Source: Gammaproteobacteria bacterium (GTDB lineage Bacteria > Pseudomonadota > Gammaproteobacteria > Ga0077536). Taken from it: a DNA stretch of 64,000 bases. Under the pieces are notes generated by a model. The model did no database searches. It saw nothing but the letters and a program-made list of their open reading frames with translations, and had not been told where the DNA came from. Positions 18,293-27,600 of this stretch are shown here, piece by piece. The position numbers were made by a program, and so were the translations under genes. The stretch lies in NCBI GenBank assembly GCA_021773835.1, contig JAJFJQ010000060.1:8540-72539 (forward strand), written 5' to 3'. Numbering within the stretch: position 1 is the stretch's first letter; every line of letters begins with the position of its first letter.

Positions 18293-20070
18293 TGGACGCA
18301 CAAACATTAACTTACCTTTTCGTCGGCATGAGTTTCGCGCTGTACATCGGTATCGCGATTTGGTCTCGCGCAGCGTCAACGAACGATTTTTATGTTGCCG
18401 GCGGCGGCGTGCATCCGATCGCCAATGGCATGGCAACGGCTGCGGATTGGATGAGTGCGGCATCATTCATCTCCATGGCTGGGATCATCTCGTTCATGGG
18501 TTACGACGGCGCCGTCTATCTTATGGGTTGGACCGGCGGCTATGTGTTGCTGGCAATGCTGCTTGCGCCCTATCTACGCAAGTTTGGAGAGTTCACGGTG
18601 CCAGACTTTATCGGCACGCGGTACTACTCCAATACAGCGAGAGTTGTCGCCGTTATTAGCCTTATTGTGATTTCGTTTACCTATGTTGCCGGGCAAATGC
18701 GCGGCGTCGGCATCGTTTTCTCTCAATTTCTCGACATCCCCATCAGTTGGGGCGTGGCAGTCGGCATGGCCGTGGTTTTTATGTACGCAGTCCTCGGTGG
18801 GATGAAGGGCATCACCTATACGCAAGTTGCGCAGTATTGCGTCCTAATATTTGCCTACTTGGTCCCGGCCATATTTATTTCCTTACTCATCACCGGCGTC
18901 CCTGTTCCGCAAATTGGATTGGGTTCTGTGGTTAATGATGGATCTGGTTTATCGGTCTTGCAGAAACTCGACACCACCTTGATCGAACTTGGTTTCACCG
19001 CGTATACCGAAGGCAGTAAGTCGACGATCGATGTGTTCGCCATCACCATGGCGCTGATGCTCGGTACCGCAGGGTTGCCGCATGTGATCGTGCGATTCTT
19101 TACCGTGCCGAAGGTGTCTGATGCGCGAAAATCGGCCGGCTACGCTTTGTTTTTTATTGCGCTACTGTACACAACAGCACCGGCTGTGGGCGCGTTCGCA
19201 CGACTCAACTTTATCGACACCATCAATGACGCGCCTTACACGCAAGTCGCAGCCTGGTTCACTAATTGGGAAGACGTCGGGCTCATTGGTTGGCAAGATA
19301 AAAATGGGGATGGCCGCATTCAGTACGGTCCGGGTGCACCGTTCAAGGGTAAACCAAGTTTTGACGACAATGCGCGCGGCGCTTCCGGAGAGCGCGTTGT
19401 CGTCAATCCATCAGTGCCAACGACAAATGAAGTGTATGTCGACCGTGACATCATGGTACTGGCTAATCCCGAAATAGCGGATCTCGCGCCATGGGTCATT
19501 GCATTGGTTGCGGCGGGCAGCCTTGCGGCTGCACTGTCGACGGCCGCAGGTCTTCTATTAGTGATATCCGCAGCCGTGTCGCACGACTTGCTTAAGAAAA
19601 CCTTTGCGCGTGGGATCAGCGATCGCCAAGAATTACGCTATGCACGCATTGCTGCAGCAACTGCGATTGGCATCGCCGGTTATTTAGGGATCCATCCACC
19701 CGGATTCGTTGCGCAAGTTGTCGCTTTCGCTTTTGGTTTGGCAGCGGCTTCATTATTTCCACCAATCTTGCTTGGGATTTTTTCAACCCGCATGAATGTC
19801 GCCGGTGCCGTCGCCGGCATGATCGTGGGACTCGCGTTTACATTTTCCTATATCGTGTACTTCAAAATGATTGCGCCCGAGTTCAATAGCCCAGAACACT
19901 GGTGGTTCGGTATATCGCCAGAGGGGATTGGGGTCGTGGGTGCCGCGCTAAATATAGCCGCCGCCTGGGCCGTCGCATACTTGACCCCGCCGCCGCCGAC
20001 TTCCGTGCGGCAGATGATCGAGGACATCCGCATCCCGATCGGCGTTAGCGCGCCGCACAACCATCCTTAG
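18292..20070 (+). CDS. Sodium:solute symporter family transporter (ActP / VC_2705-like)
   Basis: 592 aa. SSS-family pattern throughout (GGVHPIANGMATAADWMSAASFIS). Confidence 0.9.
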   Translation: MDAQTLTYLFVGMSFALYIGIAIWSRAASTNDFYVAGGGVHPIANGMATAADWMSAASFISMAGIISFMGYDGAVYLMGWTGGYVLLAMLLAPYLRKFGEFTVPDFIGTRYYSNTARVVAVISLIVISFTYVAGQMRGVGIVFSQFLDIPISWGVAVGMAVVFMYAVLGGMKGITYTQVAQYCVLIFAYLVPAIFISLLITGVPVPQIGLGSVVNDGSGLSVLQKLDTTLIELGFTAYTEGSKSTIDVFAITMALMLGTAGLPHVIVRFFTVPKVSDARKSAGYALFFIALLYTTAPAVGAFARLNFIDTINDAPYTQVAAWFTNWEDVGLIGWQDKNGDGRIQYGPGAPFKGKPSFDDNARGASGERVVVNPSVPTTNEVYVDRDIMVLANPEIADLAPWVIALVAAGSLAAALSTAAGLLLVISAAVSHDLLKKTFARGISDRQELRYARIAAATAIGIAGYLGIHPPGFVAQVVAFAFGLAAASLFPPILLGIFSTRMNVAGAVAGMIVGLAFTFSYIVYFKMIAPEFNSPEHWWFGISPEGIGVVGAALNIAAAWAVAYLTPPPPTSVRQMIEDIRIPIGVSAPHNHP

Positions 20071-20092
20071 CGCCGGCTACTTGGGCGACGGT

Positions 20093-21094
20093 CTAGCGAA
20101 GCTGTGGCATCACTGATGTCGCGAATCGGTTTAACGACTCCATGATGAGCGAATGGGCAAGTCCACCCATGTTGCTAAAGAAAATCACATACTCAATCCC
20201 GAGGTCACGTACCTCCTGCAATTTCTCGATGCAGGTTTCGGATCCGCAGATCATCGCGCTCGCCCGAATGGCACTGCTATCGAACGGCATCGGTGACGCA
20301 TTGCCGGTGGGCGATTCCGCTACCTTACGCGCTAGGGCAAGAAATTCTTCGTAAGCGGGTCCCGCCTCGTCCCACGCACTCGCGTCATCAACCCCAAGGT
20401 GCATACCGCGGGCCAGGATCAGTTTTTCTGGATCAAAGGGCTTGCCGCGCCGCTCAAACGCAGCCCGATACCCAGTCACCCAATGTGCGACTGTTTCGAT
20501 CGGAACCGCCTGTGGCAACATCACACCCCAGCCGTGCTCAACACACAGGTCAAAACCGTCGTCGCTCACGGTCGCCATCCAGATCGGCGGATGCGGCTTT
20601 TGTGACGGCTGCGGCTGGGGCCGGGCGTTGCGGTATTGCCAATATTTCCCGGCATGGGTCAAGGGATCGTCGCTCTTCCAGGTTCGCAGAATGACGTCGA
20701 TCGCTTCGTCGAAACGCTCGACGCGATCGTCTAAGGATTTACCGAAGCCGTCGAACTCGCCCCATTGATAACCGCGCCCAATGCCAAATTCAAATCGTCC
20801 ACCAGAAAGCTGATCGACGAGTGCTACGGACTCCGCTAATCGCACGGGATCATGCAGCGGCAATACACTGACCGCGGTGCCCAATCGGACCTGTTTTGTT
20901 TGTGCTGCAATATAGGCGAGCATCGACAGGTTATCCGGCACGATCCCGTGTCGGCTGAAATGATGCTCGGTCATGAATACCGATTCGTAGCCGAGTTCGT
21001 CAGCGAGCACGCTTTGTGCAACGGCATCGTGCAAACGGACTTGTTGATCGGTGCCTTCAGGCCATTGAGCGGATTGGAATATACCGAAACGCAT
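20093..21094 (-). CDS. LLM-class flavin-dependent oxidoreductase
   Basis: 333 aa. Motifs FMTEHHF, FEFGIGRGY, PIWMA. Confidence 0.8.
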   Translation of the reverse strand: MRFGIFQSAQWPEGTDQQVRLHDAVAQSVLADELGYESVFMTEHHFSRHGIVPDNLSMLAYIAAQTKQVRLGTAVSVLPLHDPVRLAESVALVDQLSGGRFEFGIGRGYQWGEFDGFGKSLDDRVERFDEAIDVILRTWKSDDPLTHAGKYWQYRNARPQPQPSQKPHPPIWMATVSDDGFDLCVEHGWGVMLPQAVPIETVAHWVTGYRAAFERRGKPFDPEKLILARGMHLGVDDASAWDEAGPAYEEFLALARKVAESPTGNASPMPFDSSAIRASAMICGSETCIEKLQEVRDLGIEYVIFFSNMGGLAHSLIMESLNRFATSVMPQLR

Positions 21095-21201
21095 AATTGG
21101 ATTATCGAGAACTTATACACATGGGGGAGGCCACAGGCACAGCTTCAGTTATTTTCGTTCGTACACGCATAAGCTGCCCGGGGGACCGGCACTATAAGTG
21201 C

Positions 21202-22125
21202 CTAAGTCACAACCGTCAAAAAATTCTCGTTCAATTTCCGATCGTGATAGAAGATCGCCTTTCCAAGCTCCTCCGCGGTCCACGTGATCGGCTCCCGGTC
21301 TGGATACCATGTGTAATCGCCACAAAATACTTCATTGCGATTACCGGATGGATCAAAGAAATAGATCGTACGCCCCCGCGTTATACCGTGACGGGTAGGA
21401 CCGATGTCAATCGAGATGTTGTGCATCCCCATGATGTCGGCCGCGTGCAAGATCTCCTCCCACGTGTTGAGTAAGAACGACGCGTGGTGAAACTTGCTGG
21501 GCTCCGGATATTGGATGAAGGCGATATCGTGTGCTTTGTTTGAGCACGATAAAAACGCACCGGTCATATTCGAGTCGGGATCGAGTACCCGCTCGGTCAA
21601 GGCGAAGCCCAATACATTCACGAAAAAATCGACCACGTCTGGAATGTTAGGACCATAAAGCAGGCAGTGATCAAAACGATTAACCTGCATGCCTTTAAGC
21701 CCTTCAGGCCACGGATCAGGATTTAGATAGCCCAAGCCATTGCCGGCATGATCTTTCTCCGCGTAAAGCTCGATTGGATGACCGCTTGGGATCACAAAGC
21801 GTATCCGATGGCCGCAGCCCTTGAGTTCACCCGCCGGCATCCGCTCGACATCGATGCCATATTCTCTTATAGCGACCTCGAAGCGGTCGAGGTCTGCGGT
21901 GGAATGCACTTTAAATCCCATGAAATCCATACCCGGTTCATCTGCTTCGCGTAGCACAATAGAAAAGCAATCGTGTTCGTCCCACGCCTTGAGATACACC
22001 CTACCTTGGTCGTCCTCGCCGGTTTTGATCATGCCAAGCCGCTCGACGTAGTGCGTCAGAGACGGTTCCATTTCTAATACGCGCAAACAGGTGTGGCCTG
22101 GCCGCATAACTCCGGTGTATGACAT
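21202..22125 (-). CDS. dmpB: Catechol 2,3-dioxygenase (type I extradiol, two VOC modules)
   Basis: 307 aa. Full-length similarity to XylE/DmpB (RVLEME...HTCLRV; HDIAF; metal ligands and catalytic residues in canonical spacing). Confidence 0.9.
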   Translation of the reverse strand: MSYTGVMRPGHTCLRVLEMEPSLTHYVERLGMIKTGEDDQGRVYLKAWDEHDCFSIVLREADEPGMDFMGFKVHSTADLDRFEVAIREYGIDVERMPAGELKGCGHRIRFVIPSGHPIELYAEKDHAGNGLGYLNPDPWPEGLKGMQVNRFDHCLLYGPNIPDVVDFFVNVLGFALTERVLDPDSNMTGAFLSCSNKAHDIAFIQYPEPSKFHHASFLLNTWEEILHAADIMGMHNISIDIGPTRHGITRGRTIYFFDPSGNRNEVFCGDYTWYPDREPITWTAEELGKAIFYHDRKLNENFLTVVT

Positions 22126-22184
22126 CTTGTAGTCCTCCGTTCGGTATTGTTTTGCTTATGCCGCTAGGCACGGCTGCTGCGTCG

Positions 22185-22511
22185 CTAATTCAACTTGTTA
22201 CGCAGAAACCCCAGCGGTCGGATCTGCAGGTCGCCTTCCGGGATCAGCTTGCACGCGAGGGCGATCCCATTTCTTTCATCTTCTTCGCTGACCTGGGCGC
22301 GGCTCATTTTCGTGGTTCGATACTTGCCGTCGTCGAGCACCTGCACGCGGCAGATACCACAACCGCCGCCGCGGCAGCCCACTGGGATCCCTTTGCGACC
22401 CAGTCGCTCCATCGCGAGCAGAACATTCTGCCCTTCTTTGCACAAAAAGCTATCCCCACTATCGGAAATAGTGATTTCGAAGCGCCTCGCTTGCTCAATT
22501 TCGTCACTCAA
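22185..22511 (-). CDS. dmpQ: Plant-type [2Fe-2S] ferredoxin of the XylT/DmpQ type (reactivator of catechol 2,3-dioxygenase)
   Basis: 108 aa with CRGGGCGICRV...C. Lies between the phenol hydroxylase reductase and catechol 2,3-dioxygenase genes, as in dmp/xyl operons. Confidence 0.85.
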   Translation of the reverse strand: MSDEIEQARRFEITISDSGDSFLCKEGQNVLLAMERLGRKGIPVGCRGGGCGICRVQVLDDGKYRTTKMSRAQVSEEDERNGIALACKLIPEGDLQIRPLGFLRNKLN

Positions 22512-23572
22512 AATTTCTTGAACAAAGCGCTCCGGCGTGCGGGCTCGGCGCCATCGGCAGCGGTCAGAAACGACTCCATGAAGATATGTTCTTCGAATAA
22601 ACGTCCTTGCATCAAGGTTGTAATGCAGGCGTCTATCATCGGCGGCGGTCCACAGAGATAGGCCTTATGGCCGGCGAAGTTACCGCCGAAATACGCCGCC
22701 GCAAGCTCATGCACGAAGCCACGCGGCCCATCCCAGGAGTCATCTTCGGCGGCATCCGATAGTGCGGCACGGTAGGTAAAATTCGCGTGGTCCGCCGCCA
22801 GGCCCGAGAATAGATCATAGTAATAGAGTTCCGCACGATTACGTGCACCATAGAGTAACGTGATTTCGCGTGAGTCACCGGCCTCGAGCAAATCCAATAT
22901 CATCGATTTCGGACTCGATAATCCAGACCCGCCGGCGAGAAACATGACCGGCTCCGGCGCCGATTTGCGCACAAAGAATCGTCCAAGCGGTGCCGTGAAG
23001 CTTAGCCGGTCACCGATAGCCAACTGACTATGAAGAAATCCCGTCGCCTCGCCGCCGTCAACCAGACGAATATTGAGTTCGATCGAATTGGCTTGTGACG
23101 GCGCACTCGCGATGGAGAATGCCCGCGGATGCTCCACACCGTCGATCGACAAGTTGATGTATTGCCCTGCTTGAAACGCCACGCCGTCACCTTCGACGTC
23201 AAGCCAGATCCCCTTGATGGTTGGCGTGAGTGCTTCGATACGCGCAACGACGCCCACCGAATCCTCGACGGCGTAACCCGCAGCATCGGGTTCCTCGTCG
23301 ATCTCGGCCTCGATAACCAGATCGGATTCTAAGGTCGCGCAACACGCAAGCGTCTTGTTCTCGTCACGCTCGATATCCATCAGCGCAAATGAAGAAGCAT
23401 GATTGTGCTCGACCTCTCCCTCAAGCACCTCGACCTTGCAGGTGCCACATAGGCCATGGTTACAGGCGTAGGGTAGCCAGATCCCAGCACGCAACGCCGC
23501 ATCGAGGATCGTCTGCCCCTCCTCCACCTCTATCGTGTCGCCGAGCGGTTCAATGGTGACCTGGTAGCTCAT
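22508..23572 (-). CDS. dmpP: Phenol hydroxylase reductase component ([2Fe-2S] ferredoxin plus FAD/NAD-binding domains)
   Basis: 354 aa. N-terminal CNHGLCGTCKV...C; FNR-like motifs RAFSIAS, GGSGLSS and CGPPPM. Confidence 0.9.
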   Translation of the reverse strand: MSYQVTIEPLGDTIEVEEGQTILDAALRAGIWLPYACNHGLCGTCKVEVLEGEVEHNHASSFALMDIERDENKTLACCATLESDLVIEAEIDEEPDAAGYAVEDSVGVVARIEALTPTIKGIWLDVEGDGVAFQAGQYINLSIDGVEHPRAFSIASAPSQANSIELNIRLVDGGEATGFLHSQLAIGDRLSFTAPLGRFFVRKSAPEPVMFLAGGSGLSSPKSMILDLLEAGDSREITLLYGARNRAELYYYDLFSGLAADHANFTYRAALSDAAEDDSWDGPRGFVHELAAAYFGGNFAGHKAYLCGPPPMIDACITTLMQGRLFEEHIFMESFLTAADGAEPARRSALFKKF

Positions 23573-23584
23573 GCAATGTTGCGC

Positions 23585-23947
23585 CTAGATACCGGTCCCG
23601 AACATCCCATCCAAACCTGGCGATCGGATTTGTAGATAGGTCATGTGTCCGATGCCATTGTCTTTGAAACTCTTGTCCAGCTCCGGTTGCCATGGTTTTT
23701 GATCGAGCTCCCATTCAAGCGTTTCGATATCAAGCTTCGCGGTATCGGGATGAGTGGCGTAATCCGGTTTAAACATCTGCTCCATAAAGTCCCGCAAAAT
23801 CATCTCAACCGGCGCCCGGTAAGCGGATGGACATGAGTACAGCAAGTGCTTCTCCCATTGGATGTAGAAATTAATATCGCCACCGTAACGCGCTTCTCGA
23901 TTTTCAGATTCGAATTCGTAGCGCTCACCTAAATGTTTTACTGTCAT
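23585..23947 (-). CDS. dmpO: Phenol hydroxylase gamma subunit (DmpO/P4)
   Basis: ATG at 23947 (MTVKHLGERYEFE) with a GGGAG RBS. 120 aa, the size and position of DmpO. The upstream in-frame extension in the ORF track overlaps the preceding gene. Confidence 0.8.
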   Translation of the reverse strand: MTVKHLGERYEFESENREARYGGDINFYIQWEKHLLYSCPSAYRAPVEMILRDFMEQMFKPDYATHPDTAKLDIETLEWELDQKPWQPELDKSFKDNGIGHMTYLQIRSPGLDGMFGTGI

Positions 23948-23967
23948 CTTTAAACTCCCTAGCGTTG

Positions 23968-25506
23968 CTACGCCGCTTCGTCGGAATTTGCCTGCGGGGT
24001 TGGTTGCTGTGACTGCCACGCTTCCCAGTTCTGATGATCAGGCGAGCCGTTATATTCCCCGGTATCGATGTCTTTTTTAAGATGCAACCACTCGGCGTAC
24101 TCGAATATGTCGCGCGCACCTCCGGCGTCCCCGCGATAGATCTGCTGCGGCGGAATCAAAGACTGTACAAATTTTTCCGGTTCGCGATTGAAGATGTCGG
24201 CACAGCCATCCGAGCAACAATGATGCTTGGTGTCCGCCCACTCGACGATGCGCACACACTGTTTTTGCGGATCGTCAGGCTCGGTGTAGAACACCGGGAT
24301 CTGACAGACTTGGCACACCATCGGCAGACGATTGTTGAAGTAGCGATTTCCCGCCTGTTCCTGTTCACGAAGAAACAACAAACGAGGTCGATACATCGTA
24401 TCGAACAGGTCCCCATATTTTTCCGACATCCAATCGAGTTCTTCGTCCTCGGGCACCCAAGTATGCAGACCAAGCGCGTTACCGTATTGGTATAGCGTTG
24501 CCCAAAGTTCATGCGTAACTCGTGTTTTCTCTTTTGTCGCAACTTCGTGGTACTTCGGCAATCGAATACCGTAACGGCTCAAGTCGTGAAACAGGGCGAT
24601 GCCATTTTCTTCCCAATAGATCTCCCACGCCTCTTTCCATGACATGACCTTCTTCGGCAGCATGTAGTCCATCATCGTGCCGACTAGGCCGAGCAGGCGA
24701 TAGCCACGCCAAAACCACTTGTCCAACCAGGCTTGAACGATCGGCACGTTGTCTTCGTGTTGCTCCAGCATGAATTTCACGACCTCGAGGCCTAAAGTCA
24801 TGTGTCGTGACTCATCGGATTGCGCGGAGAAACCAAACGTGGTCGTCGCCATATCACCGTTGTAGGCAGCACCGGAGACAAACGGCATGAATAACAAGTT
24901 CGTTAATACGTATTCAAATGCGAAGGATATCGAGGTGACGAATTCGAACGGGCCGGCACTCATCGCGTCTTCAAAGAAACTCTTGGGGATTGATAAATAC
25001 CAAGCGCGGTCGCGAAGATGCGCGAAGCCATGCATGCCGTTGAAGAATTTGTTGTAATGACTAAATGCATGCAACTGCGTTTGCGCATGCCGTAATTCGT
25101 CTATCGACTGCATTTGACAGGCAACCCGGGCTCCAGCCCCGCGAAAGGCGCGTCCCGCATGCGCAAAGCCGCGGTGGGCGGCATACTCGAGCGGGGTGAT
25201 CCCCTGTAGCCACAGCTTGACCGCATTCATGTAACGCGCATCGCTGATATTAAGCTGGCCGTTATTTTGTTGGAACGCATCCAAGATGGCGTAGAGCTTG
25301 CGTTCCTTTTCGCTTTGGTATTTCCAGTAGGACTCCATCGTGAGGCGAAATGGATCTTCCCACTTATCCCAATCGATGATTTTTATGCCTTCGTATTTGT
25401 CGTAGGGAAATACCTCGTCCATTGGTTGATACGTGGTCTCCCAATCGAGGCCCCGCGTCATCAAGCTATATCGTTCTTTCAAACCTAGGCGTTTTGCTTT
25501 GGCCAT
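23968..25506 (-). CDS. dmpN: Phenol hydroxylase large (alpha) diiron subunit
   Basis: 512 aa. Diiron ligands EXXH x2 (IDELRHAQ, SDESRH), and a C-terminal Cys-rich tail as in DmpN. Confidence 0.92.
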   Translation of the reverse strand: MAKAKRLGLKERYSLMTRGLDWETTYQPMDEVFPYDKYEGIKIIDWDKWEDPFRLTMESYWKYQSEKERKLYAILDAFQQNNGQLNISDARYMNAVKLWLQGITPLEYAAHRGFAHAGRAFRGAGARVACQMQSIDELRHAQTQLHAFSHYNKFFNGMHGFAHLRDRAWYLSIPKSFFEDAMSAGPFEFVTSISFAFEYVLTNLLFMPFVSGAAYNGDMATTTFGFSAQSDESRHMTLGLEVVKFMLEQHEDNVPIVQAWLDKWFWRGYRLLGLVGTMMDYMLPKKVMSWKEAWEIYWEENGIALFHDLSRYGIRLPKYHEVATKEKTRVTHELWATLYQYGNALGLHTWVPEDEELDWMSEKYGDLFDTMYRPRLLFLREQEQAGNRYFNNRLPMVCQVCQIPVFYTEPDDPQKQCVRIVEWADTKHHCCSDGCADIFNREPEKFVQSLIPPQQIYRGDAGGARDIFEYAEWLHLKKDIDTGEYNGSPDHQNWEAWQSQQPTPQANSDEAA

Positions 25507-25572
25507 TGGAAATCCTTATTTAGCAAATAGTTTTAATGCAGCAATCTTTCAATTTCGTGATCTACGATACCG

Positions 25573-25845
25573 CTAGGTATTCCAAGCGATCACAAACTCG
25601 TCGTCGTCCTCATCGATATTGCCCCCGAGCGAGATTAGATTGATATGCATTTCCTGCAGATCAAAATCACGTCCCATTTTTTCTTCGACCGTCTCACGTC
25701 TCACTACTAGCCGCCCAGGACAATCGATCTTGACCATGCCCGGACTTTCATTGGCGACCGCGGCGGGGTTGTCTTCGAGGATCGCCTCGATGATTGGCTG
25801 CGCTTCAGCATTGTTCTGGAACGCGATAAAAACATTGTCTGCCAT
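25573..25845 (-). CDS. dmpM: Phenol hydroxylase regulatory/coupling protein (MmoB/DmpM family)
   Basis: ATG at 25845 (MADNVFIAFQNN) with a GGAAG RBS. 90 aa. Confidence 0.85.
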   Translation of the reverse strand: MADNVFIAFQNNAEAQPIIEAILEDNPAAVANESPGMVKIDCPGRLVVRRETVEEKMGRDFDLQEMHINLISLGGNIDEDDDEFVIAWNT

Positions 25846-25856
25846 GGTGTCGCTTC

Positions 25857-26855
25857 CTATACGTCGAGACCGGCCTTGCCGGCACGGGTCATGAGCCGAT
25901 CGACAACTTCGTCGAGTGCAACGCTGCCCTCGCCGTCGAAGGCAGCATCGCTGAGTGGCTTTAACGCACCTTGTATGCGAGGCATCCACTTGGCGATCCA
26001 GCCCTCAATATGCGTTTTGTTGGCCGGTGACTCCTGGGCGCAACGTTTTATTACCGCATCGGCCCAACGCGAGGCCTCGGCAAACCATTCGATCGTGAAT
26101 TCGTTCATCATCGAATAGGCCGCACCGCCGTGCTGAGTCACCGCCGCATCGAACTTATCGAACATCAGCGGATGCAGGGCGCCATCGATAAGCAGATTCT
26201 GTAAGACGTGCAGTTCAAACCAGTCTTTTGTCACCATCGCTTCTTCGACCAAGGCGCGCATCGGCTGCCACATATCGTCGTCTAACCATAAGGCCTTGGC
26301 GTCGTCCAATGCCGTTGGATCGTTGTCTGCCAATATCAGACCGATGCGGGTTATGTATTGCGCAATACCGAGTTGGTCCATCGTTTGTAATGACGCAGCA
26401 GAGGTTATGGGCGCCCCAAACCCATAGGCAGCGATATAGCTGTTGTTCGTATTAGCCGCCCAAGCGACGTGACGTAAGGGGACAATAAGGCGGCGGATCT
26501 TGTCTTTCCATGCCGCCTCCATTCCATCCATCAATCCACGCGACTCAACAAATTTAAAATTCTTTTCTTGCGAGTCTTGTTGCTTGCCGCGTTGGATCGT
26601 CCAGGTGCCGTAGTAATACTGCCGCGGATCGATGAGGTCGTCGAAGTCCTCCATGACAACGGCTGTACGTGATGGATCATAGAGCGTCTTGGTCGGATCC
26701 CAGGTCGGGCGGTAATGCTGATTGACGATTGGCTGCAAACCCCACACCGCCTCTTGGTAACGCGTTGCCGCTTTATCGGGACCAAGCTTCTCGGCGATAT
26801 GGTCAAAGGTCTTGCGTACGGGATCGATTGAAGTCGTCTTGAGATCGATAGTCAT
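25857..26855 (-). CDS. dmpL: Phenol hydroxylase beta subunit (DmpL/P1)
   Basis: 332 aa. Beta-subunit family of soluble diiron monooxygenases. Confidence 0.88.
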   Translation of the reverse strand: MTIDLKTTSIDPVRKTFDHIAEKLGPDKAATRYQEAVWGLQPIVNQHYRPTWDPTKTLYDPSRTAVVMEDFDDLIDPRQYYYGTWTIQRGKQQDSQEKNFKFVESRGLMDGMEAAWKDKIRRLIVPLRHVAWAANTNNSYIAAYGFGAPITSAASLQTMDQLGIAQYITRIGLILADNDPTALDDAKALWLDDDMWQPMRALVEEAMVTKDWFELHVLQNLLIDGALHPLMFDKFDAAVTQHGGAAYSMMNEFTIEWFAEASRWADAVIKRCAQESPANKTHIEGWIAKWMPRIQGALKPLSDAAFDGEGSVALDEVVDRLMTRAGKAGLDV

Positions 26856-26859
26856 TTAT

Positions 26860-27120
26860 CTATTCCTGTTCGTCATCACCAAAACGCCAACGGCGTTCGT
26901 TTGCATCGACTGTGGCGGCGTCATCGTCGGTCAGCATCCGAACTTCGTGGTCGGCACAGAATTCATCGAAGGCTGCCGGCGGCAATACCATCTCGAGGTA
27001 CAAGCTCGGATCGCCGATAGAGAACTGAAATTCCACGTTCCCGTGATGGTTTAGGTTCGTCACACGGACGTAGCGAATGATCTTGCCGCTTGAACGCTCT
27101 AATCGGGTGACGTTATCCAT
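26860..27120 (-). CDS. dmpK: Phenol hydroxylase assembly protein (DmpK/P0)
   Basis: ATG at 27120 (MDNVTRLERSSGK...) is preferred. It leaves a ~27-nt leader after the sigma54 promoter. The track start at 27144 is a GTG only ~3 nt from the predicted transcription start. Confidence 0.7.
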   Translation of the reverse strand: MDNVTRLERSSGKIIRYVRVTNLNHHGNVEFQFSIGDPSLYLEMVLPPAAFDEFCADHEVRMLTDDDAATVDANERRWRFGDDEQE

Positions 27121-27157
27121 GGACCGTGATGTTCTGTTCTCCACTTAACAGTGATAG

Positions 27158-27173
27158 AGCAGAATCCGTGCCA
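27158..27173 (-). promoter_or_regulatory. Sigma54 (-24/-12) promoter of the phenol hydroxylase operon
   Basis: Minus-strand sequence TGGCACGGATTCTGCT against the consensus TGGCACG-N4-TTGCW: 11 of 12 conserved positions, GG and GC invariant. Lies 38-53 nt upstream of the dmpK ATG. Confidence 0.65.
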
Positions 27174-27450
27174 TCAAACACGATGCTGTTGATTTCTAAC
27201 AGTTTTACGTTCTAGCAGTAGCTGCTGCGCTGCATGATAGTACTGATATGGATTACTCATCCTGATCCCTTTTCATCATATGAGCAAATTAATCAACCCG
27301 TATTCGGTACTTTGTACTCCGTGCTGCTCAATTTGGGGTCCATCGGAAACCTCGTTCCATTTGGACAATCAATAGACCACGTCATATCGGTCATGACCTG
27401 ATATCCAGCGGAATTTCGCTCTTACGTATGAAGCTACTCGCGGCATGGAT

Positions 27451-27573
27451 TCCGGCCTCCGCCGGAATGACGACGAGAAAATTGTCGTATCCACGGCCGG
27501 ATGAGCGGAGCCGTGGTCAATTCTACTTGGGCCAGCCATGAACTCCGTCATACCGGGCTTGACCCGGTATCCA
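27451..27573. repeat. REP-like compound hairpin repeat, copy 2. Includes an extra CCACGGC...GCCGTGG hairpin.
   Basis: See copy 1. Located between the 3-prime end of the activator gene and the promoter region of the phenol hydroxylase operon. Confidence 0.7.
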
Positions 27574-27600
27574 ACCAACCTGAAGCGGGCGCGCGAGAAT

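Noticed and set aside
21095-21201. Possible terminator or hairpin between the catechol dioxygenase gene and the LLM gene (CCCGGGGGACCGG)
   Set aside because: The stem is short and imperfect and is not followed by a T-run on the relevant strand.
23925-24119. 64-aa and other small ORFs in the dmpO/dmpN junction
   Set aside because: They overlap the well-supported dmpN 3-prime end and the dmpO start. No independent RBS.
26860-27144. Track start (GTG, 27144) for the dmpK-like gene
   Set aside because: It would place the start codon only about 3 nt after the predicted sigma54 transcription start. The ATG at 27120 is preferred.
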